From: the human T2T-CHM13v2.0 reference genome, Homo sapiens
Strand: one strand, 5' to 3'
DNA length: 64,000 bases
Assembly (NCBI RefSeq): GCF_009914755.1
Contig: NC_060928.1
Of the stretch, positions 55,240 to 64,000 are shown in pieces; position 1 is the first letter of the stretch; each line of letters starts with the position of its first letter. The position numbers and the translations under genes are program-made. The notes beneath the pieces are model-generated. The model was not told where the DNA came from. It did not search any database and saw only the letters and a program-made list of their open reading frames with translations.

Positions 55240-55712
55240 AAAAGTAGCTCTTGTAGTTTACAGGTTGTAATTGTTAAGTTTGAAGTGCATTCCATCACTA
55301 CATTTTCTCATCAATTTATCAAATTTGTATTCAAGGTAAAACACTAATGAATCACGAAACTTAAGAGCTCTTTGGGGGACCTTGCTGTTTTCACCACAGA
55401 CACACAGTCTTCAACCTCCCTTGTATAAAAAATTGTCCCTCTGGCTCCTTAACCAAATTGAATGTCTTTAGCCCTTCTAAAATAAACCCACCAAGCTCAC
55501 TTTTGGCAGCTCACTAAGTGAGCTGTGCACTAGTTCAATGCGTCAAAACACAGGGTGATGCTGTCTTCAGGCTTCTACCTTATAAGACTGATAAGCCCCT
55601 TTTCTGCAAGTTTTAGGCTCAGGTTAACCCCACCTATTCCACAAATTCTTCTCATAACTTTCCCACCAGAAGTAATCTTTCTTTCTCTTTTACCCACATC
55701 TCACTCAGTGTG

Positions 55713-56114
55713 TGTCTTAGTCCGTTTTCTGCTGCTATAACAGAATACTAGAGATTAGGTAATTTATAAACAATAGAAATTTATTTGGCTCATGATTCTG
55801 GAGGCTGGCAAGTCCAAGAGTCTGGTGATGGCCTCTGATGAGAACCTTCCTGCTGCACTATCCCATGGCAGAAGATAGATGGTAGAGGGCAAGTGAGCAG
55901 AGCACATAAGACAGAGGAAATCTGGCTGAACTCATCCTTTTATCAGGAGCCCACTCCCTCAATAACTCACTCATTCCTGTAATAAGGGTGTTAATCCATT
56001 CATAAGGACAGAGCCCTCCTGACCTAATCAACTCTAAGATCCCACCTCTTAATGCCATCATAAATGCAATTAAATTTCAACATGAGTTTTGAAGGAGGCA
56101 TTCAAGCTGCAGCA
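55713..56114 (-). mobile_element. MST (C/D-like) MaLR solo LTR
   Basis: tgtcttagtccgttttctgctgctataacagaatac...gcaattaaatttcaacatgagtttt. Confidence 0.85.
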
Positions 56115-56952
56115 GCATGTAATTCCGTTGTAATACTTCCTAAGGTACTTATGTGTTTATCACTGGATTGGAAGCACACCAACAGTAAAGTTGCACTCTA
56201 TGATACTGGAACAAGTAGGCCACTTTTGACGTATAAAAACAGCAATTTCGGGTAATTCAACTAACTACTATTGTATTTATTACTGCATCACAAATAATTA
56301 TTTATTATTCATCTCTGTATCCTCCATAGCCTCTATTCACAATATTTTTCAGTAGTAGCTGCTCAGTGAATAATGCATGAGAATCCCAAATGAATGATGT
56401 ACTACACAAAGCAATAAGTTTCAGGGAATGAGTAGAAATCCTTAGAGAGGAAGGGGAGGAGAGTACTAATTACTGGGTACATTTTTAAGCTAGAGAAGAC
56501 AGGAAGACTTTGTGTTTTGCATACATAAATTTAATATTTACCACTATCTGCTATTACTTTCTCCCTTTGGCCTATTAGGAAACTGAAGCTTAGAGAAGTC
56601 TGAAAACTTGCTCAAGTCACATGGCTAATATGGGATCCCTTTGCTTGTCATACTCTAAACTCTTACTCAACATCATGCCAGGAAGCTATTTTAGCTGATG
56701 AAAAAAAATTTTGTCTCTTTGGAATAACATTTGTGACTGAGCAATGACAATCAGGTGATCATCAGTAGATAAATAAACACTGCTCTCATCAGGCAATGAA
56801 AACATTGTATTTTTGCTAGGCTAGGCTGGCAGAAGACCTGTACATCTGACTATTGATGTCCCACATGTGAATACAAATGGGTGTGTTAGACTCCATATAT
56901 GCATACCTCAGATTTGCTTGGCTCCACCTCCTTGCTCAATAAAGAATCCTAG

Positions 56953-57573
<621 letters not shown>

Positions 57574-60229
57574 TGAATATATATAAGGATCAGATATAAC
57601 AAAAATGGCCCAAAACACTGCATCTCTAAGAGTTCTAATATAATCCTAAATAACAGTAGAGAGTGTACTGGGCATGTTCAATGTAGCAAAGAAAAACCAC
57701 TCCTCATATTTTAAACGGAAAAGGATTTAACACATGGAATTCATTGTTAAGAAAATCCCTGACAGAGCTTGGTCTCTAGAAATGAATCCTAGATCTACTC
57801 CTTAGAATCAAGTCACTATTCCTCTGAGGCCACCACTGGAGCAATTGGGTTCGAGAACACATGGTCATAGCTGTAATAAAGAAATTAGGAAGTGGGAATC
57901 AAGAAGCTGAACATGGCCTTCAGCTTCCTCTCCACAAGGAGCTGGAGAATAAACACAATAACATTGCTACCAGAAAACTTCACAGTTCATGACTTTGTTT
58001 GCCAATGAAATCAGGCAAAAGTCGGGAAAATAGGCTCCACTTCAATTTTGCATCCCAGATCTCATGCAAGTATACCAAATTGGAAAAATCTGTCTTGGGA
58101 AATGAAATCTTCACCTTTCCAAACTCTGCAGTAGAGAAAAACATACTAGAAGAGTGATGAACTACAAATGGAATTAGCCAGTCCACAATATCTACCACAT
58201 AGAATAAAAGACTGAGGTTACCATGCTGAGGGACCACTACGGAGCTACTAGTCAAGTCACATCTCCAGCTCAGTGCCTGGCACAGCATCTGACACACATT
58301 AGGTGCTCAACAAATATTTAATAGATAAAGGAATGAATCAATGAATAAATGCGTTGTGGGCAACATAAAAATGAGCCATAATTGCTTGTATCTTTTATGC
58401 TTTTTAAAAAATATATTCTTAAATGATGCAGTGATGGTTGGTTGTTCACTCCTTTCAAATACAAACTGTAATATTCTTGACTTTCCCATTTTCCTTCTTA
58501 ATCTAAGGAACTTTTAGAAAACTCAGCAAGTAAAATAATTTTTTTTAAATGGAAGGAAGCTAGATTTTTCTCCTTCCTCTTGTTGGACAATGAATTTCCC
58601 TTTTGAACTTTTGTGGTTGTTGCTAAATGTTTCCTCCAAGGAGAAATCTTCCTATTTTGTTTATTTTTAGAAACTGAAGCCTCCATACAGAGAAAGCTCT
58701 TGAAAACTGGAATCTTAAAAGGGAAGTGCTAAGCAGTGTCTCTTTTTTTAAGCCCAGAATAGCAGCAACTTTGAATAGGTTATAAAATAATAGCCCTGTA
58801 ATGGATCAACCTGATTCTCTTTGTTCTGACCAACAGATTATACAGCATTTTTCAAGACTACATTTCACTTTCTTTCCCTATGGCAGATAGACAACCAAAT
58901 TCATTTACTCTTAACAAAACATTATCTACATGTTTTCCTTGCTTAAACTGGAACTAATTAGGATTGGTATTAAGTTATAGAAATTGTTATTACAGAATAT
59001 TAGAACCAAAAGTAGTTTGAAGGGTCTTACCTTTTTACTCTCTTGTTTTTAGGTGAAAATACTGAGACACAGTGAGGTTGAGTATTATTCTGCATACTCA
59101 GCCTCCACCCCTTCTCTTGGTGACATTCTTTCACGTGTATTTGTTTGCCTGGTAAATATCTAGCATGTATGACACACAAAGCACCATGAGAGACCTTGTA
59201 TGTAAGCAAGGTTTTACACATTCCCCAAAGACGGCCTTTAATAAGGCTGTATGTAAGTCCAACCACATAGGACTATAATCTACTTCACAAAATGACAAGC
59301 ATCTTCATGATCGCTCATTCCTTATCTGGGATTTCCTCTACCAGGTACTCAACTCTTCTCCCTCTTCATGTTAAAATCTATCCATTTTTCAAAGCCCAAC
59401 TCAACTGTTATTCCATTAAGACTTTCTCAAGCCCTCAACCATAATTAATGACTACCTTTTCTGAATTTCCACAGGATTTTCTTCAGTTGCCTATTATGGT
59501 ATGTATCTGGTGGGGTAGATATTATGTAGTTGGATACATATCTACTTTTTCTTCTGGTTTCAGCAACATGGTAGACTAAGCTACTATGAAAACTATAAGT
59601 CCTTAGGAGCACTGGGTTTAAAATAGCCAAAAAAAAAAAAAAAGTTAATTTTTAGCTGATCTGTCCAGAAGAAACAGGAGTCCCCAAGGGCCAGACCGCC
59701 AGAAACACGGAGGGAATTAAAAGCCAGACTGATAAATATAAGAAGTGAGACTGCGACAACCTTGGGAGGTGAATGGAAGCAGCAGTATTGATTTGGTAAC
59801 AACTAGGGTTTTAATGCCATCAGGTCCAGAAGGCCTCTTATCCTCACCTGAGCAGAGGCCAGGAACTGAGATGTCTATATAAAGCTAGGCCCCTCAAAAG
59901 CTTTAATCCCTGCCAAAGAGTACTAAAAATCTCAGCCAACAAGATCAAGCAGATGACAATTAAATCTGTTTGGGGGAAAAATAAGTCTTTTGTGAGAAAA
60001 AATATTCCAAGCCTGTTGCTTTCTTTGGTGTATAGTCTGAATTTACTTGTTTCTGAAAGAAATCTCATGCCTAGAAATTATCATGGTCCTGGGTCAGTGG
60101 TGCCTCTGGGACACTGAAGGATATCAATGCCAAATTTCATCACCTATGCAGCATGAGATGAGCAGAGACAAAAATAAGCCTGACTAAAGGGGAGCTCAAA
60201 ATAAAAATTCACAAAGAATACTTAACAGA

Positions 60230-60680
60230 GACTCAGGTAACTCATTCCATCTCAAAACTTGATATATAGGAAAGCAATCTAAAGGACCATGATTAAAGTA
60301 TGTGTTTTAGATTTTTGAAATATAAAAGGCATTAAAAAAAAGGCAAGTCACTGTGAAAAAAAGATAAAAATTTAAAAGAAATAATTCAAACTTCTGGAAA
60401 TGAATAGCCATTTAAATTTACCATGGGTAAATTGGTTAAGCAGCATATTAGAGTAAGCTGAAGAAGGAATTAGTAAACTTGAAGACTGATTTGAAAGATA
60501 AAGTTCTATTTATCTATAGCTGAGTAAGACAGAGATAGATATGTAGAACATAAGAAAAGACATGGGGAATAGATTGAAAGGTCCAACTTATATCTAACAG
60601 GAATTCCAGAAGGAGAGAAGAGGCAGGGTATAGGAAACAAAATATTTGGAGAGAATGGGAGATTGATACAAAGTATTGAT
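60230..60680 (+). mobile_element. Very old L1 ORF1-like fragment
   Basis: aacttctggaaatgaa, gctgaagaaggaattagtaaacttgaaga, ggtccaacttatatctaacaggaattccagaaggagag. Confidence 0.5.
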
Positions 60681-61452
60681 AAAAGATGTATTTTACTCTT
60701 TTACTAAATACTTGGTTGCCTTGAAGCACAAAGCAATTATTCATATTTGTATTCTTAGAACATTGTTAGAGCTCATTAAATATTGATTTAATTAATATAA
60801 TTTGTGTTTAAATATCAATAAAGGACAAATATTAATACACAAGATGTGACAGCTATCATTAGAGAAGTAGAAAGTACTCTCTGATGAAGAATTTATAGGG
60901 AAAGATTACTTCGAGCTGGGATTATTATAGAAAAATTCATGGACGAGATAAATAAGTATAATCTGACAAATAGAAAGAAGGGCTGGGCATTCCAAGTAAA
61001 CAAAATAACCTAACAAAGGCACAGGGTGGAAAAATGCAAAAGACATTTGAGGAAAAGCAAGTGTAGTTCATTCTGGTTAACATGTATATACAAGGATTAA
61101 TTGCAGAAGATTAAGAAAATTAGAACCACATTATGCAGGCGTTGAATGTCAGACTAAATATTTTGGACTATTAGATGAAGAAAAGACATCTCAGGTAACT
61201 CATTGCTGGCAGCTTTTTTAACAAAGGGGTAACAAGATCGGAACTGTCATTATGAAGAATGATTCGCCCCACAATTATGTACAAAATGAACTAGAGAGGA
61301 AAGACACGGGGGAAAATCAATTGATTTGTGTGTCACAAAGGATTCTTGATGATGACAAAAATGCAACTCAACCTGGCTTGAGCAAGTAAGAGTTTTGTTA
61401 GATTGTAAACAAAACCTCCAGGGTAGATCCGGTCAGGTATGTCCTTATACAG

Positions 61453-62200
61453 TGTTATATACTCAATAATTTGGTGGCCCTTTATCCCTGGCTCGTGGGA
61501 GGTAACCTTCAAATCCATGGAATTTACCGAGTAATAGGAGTGTTTTTGTTATTCATGGTGGTCTCTTAGGTAGTCCAGACTAAGGAGGTAATTCATGATG
61601 GGAGCTGACCATGCCAGAAAGACCACCTTGTGATTAGAGGGTTGGGGATTTGAGCCATATGATATCAGCCTAACCTCCAGAGAAAGAAGATGGGCTGAAG
61701 GTCAAGTTCAATTATATGGCAAATAATTCAATCTAGCATGCTTATATAATGAAACCTTAATTAAAACTTGGGACAATGAAGCTTGAATAAGCTTCCCTGT
61801 TTAATGATATTTTGTGCATATGCTACACATAAAGGTGCTGGAAGGGTGATGCATCCTAACTCTGCAGGGAGAGGACATAAAAGCCAGAGACCCTTCCAGA
61901 TCTCACCCTATGCACCTATTCTTTTGGCTGGTCCTTGTTTGTATCTTTTTTGGTATAATAAACCTGTAATCATGGCTATACCGCTTTCCAGAATTGCATA
62001 GGTCATTCTACTAGATTATCAAGCCTTAAGAGATGGTGTAAACTCCTGAATTGTAGCTGGTGGGTCAGAAGTGTAGATGGCTGGGGAACCTCTGAGCTTG
62101 CTGCTGTTATCTGAAGTGAGGGCAGTCTCATGGAGGACTGTGCCCTCAGCCAGGGAAGCTTGGCCAACCTTCAGGTAGTTTGGGTCAGAAGTTATTGCAT
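61453..62200 (+). mobile_element. MER21C-like LTR
   Basis: gggaggtaacc...ggaattt...ggagtgtttttgttattcatggtgg, gtgattagagggttgggg, tctgaagtgagggcagtctcatggaggactgtgccct. Confidence 0.7.
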
Positions 62201-62337
62201 CCAGCAATGCAAAACCCTGAGGTGAGATCCTGCTTTGCATGCTTAAGGAACCACATGGAGGTCTGGGTGACTGCAGTGAGTGGTAAAGAGTAATAATATA
62301 TGAGGCCTGACAGGTAGCCAAGACCAGATCATGCAGG

Positions 62338-62497
62338 CAGTGGTCCTCAGCTCTGGTTGCATTTTAGAATGACTGGGAAGTTTTTCAAAGAAACCAGTGT
62401 CCAGGTCCCATCCAGGTCCATAAAATCAGAGTGGCTTTGTAGTTTTCTAAGTTCTTCAGGGAATTCTCATTGTGGTACAGGCACTGGTTGACCAGTG
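62338..62497 (+). mobile_element. MER5A-like hAT MITE
   Basis: cagtggtcctcagctctggttgcattttagaat...aaatcaga...gaccagtg. Confidence 0.55.
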
Positions 62498-62537
62498 TAT
62501 GAAGTAATTAAATTTTGTTCTGAGTATAAGAAGAAGG

Positions 62538-62964
62538 TGATATAGATGGAACATTTGTCCCTTCCAAATCTCATGTTGAAATTTTATCCCCAGTGTTGAA
62601 GGTGGGGCTTAGTGAGAGGTGTTTGGGTCATGGGATTGGATCACTCATGAACAGCTTGATGATGTCCTTGCAGTAAGGAGTGAGTTTTTGCTCCATTAGT
62701 TCACACGAGAACTAATTATTAAAAAGAGCCCAGCAACTCCTCTTCTCTCACTGCCTCTTTCTTGCTGTGTGATCTCTCTCTATTCATTGGCTCCCCTTTG
62801 CTTTCTGCCATGAATAGAAGCAGTCTGAGGTCCTCCTCAGATGCAGATGCCAGTACCATGCTTCTTGTACAGCCTCAGAACCATGAGATAAATTAGCCTT
62901 TGTGAAAAATAAAAATTACCCAGACTCAGATATTCTTTTATAGCAATGCAGATGGACTAAGACA
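62538..62964 (+). mobile_element. MSTB-like MaLR solo LTR
   Basis: tgatatag...ccaaatctcatgttgaaat...ggactaagaca; TSD gaagg/gaagc. Confidence 0.88.
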
Positions 62965-64000
62965 GAAGCCGATGCAGGCTATTGAGCAGAGGAGTAATAT
63001 TTGCTTTCTTCAAATTTTAAAAGACTCACTTTGGCTACTGTGCCTAGTCAACAACAAGGGTCACTTGAAGCAGTTAGAAAACCATGCCCTATAGCGGAAC
63101 AGGACCAGAGGTAGGAAGGAGGCCAGGTGCAAGAGGAGGTGGCTTGGAATCGGCCACCTCTGTAAGTAGGTACAAACAGATGGCGGAGGTAAGAGAGAAA
63201 TGGTTATATCTGGGGTATGTTTTGAAGAAGGACAATTTGCATATGAATTGTATGTGGAGTATGAGAAAAATAAGTCACATATGAATACATGAGTTTTTCA
63301 TCTAAGCAACAACGTGTAAAAAAAAAAAACCCACAAAAAACAAACAAAAAAACAAATACTAATCACTGTTGCCAGGAGAATGCAGTTAACGGGCCAGGAT
63401 TGAGTCACATGCTCACCCTGCAGCAGGAGGTGAAGTCAGTCTTGCTGAAAACACATGTACTCAAAGGGACAGATGATATTTCACGAGTAAAAATCAGGGC
63501 ATGCTACCAATAGTCAATCAGGGAATGCTACCAATTGCAAACTTTAGGAACAAAATTTAGCTCTTCCTCTTTCCTTTTCAAAACAACCAATCCTAAAGCC
63601 ATTAGGTGGGGCCAAGCAAAGTAGGCATCTCTTCCAGTGGCAGAAGGGGGGTAGCCACAGGGTTAGGGGGTTGAGTAGGGCGTTAGACCCTGAGCTGGGG
63701 CAAGGGAGGCATTCAGGTCAAGAGGCAGCAGTGGCAGCCAGCAGGGTATGTTGGAGCCTGGGTGAGGTGAGAAGGGCACTGCATAGGAGTGGGACTTCAA
63801 GTTGACCTTGAGGGGCATCAGAGCCCAAGAAGGTCAAGGAGGAGTGATGCATGGGAGGCTGCCCAGTGCGGTATCCAAGTACCAGGGGGATGCGGACAGC
63901 ATCCTGGGGATGCCAGGAGGCAGCCCAACCTGGGGTGTCAGGGTCTGAGTGGGATGTGAGGGAGGTGGCGGTGGGTGTGAACTGACAGCTATCAAGATAT

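Noticed and set aside
63952-63962. 7SK-like start ggatgtgaggg
   Set aside because: Only 11 bp match; downstream sequence does not continue 7SK.

Overview
This is AT-rich, repeat-dense primate genomic DNA, most likely human or another catarrhine (AluY/AluS, THE1, MER9 and LTR22 are present), with an intergenic or deep-intronic character. I can support no protein-coding exon, RNA gene, CpG island or CRISPR array. The longer ORFs come from Alu, MaLR-internal or low-complexity sequence. The window holds about 15 Alu-family copies, two near-full-length THE1D-like MaLR elements in opposite orientation (10.2-12.8 kb and 21.6-23.8 kb), many solo LTRs, old L1/L2/MIR pieces and DNA-transposon fossils, several of them nested with readable target-site duplications (TSDs). 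Subfamily names are recalled from consensus sequences by eye and need RepeatMasker/Dfam confirmation. The most unusual structure is a ~580-bp AT-rich fold-back inverted repeat at 23992-24569. It sits where a THE1D 3' LTR is truncated and is accompanied by short templated copies, which suggests a multi-step template-switch rearrangement. Other leads are a compact CRE-like/TATA promoter-like module at ~18.9 kb, a 3x48-bp tandem repeat, a THE1 LTR nested in a THE1D LTR, and a MER63>Alu>MER9 nest. I found no convincing new biological system.
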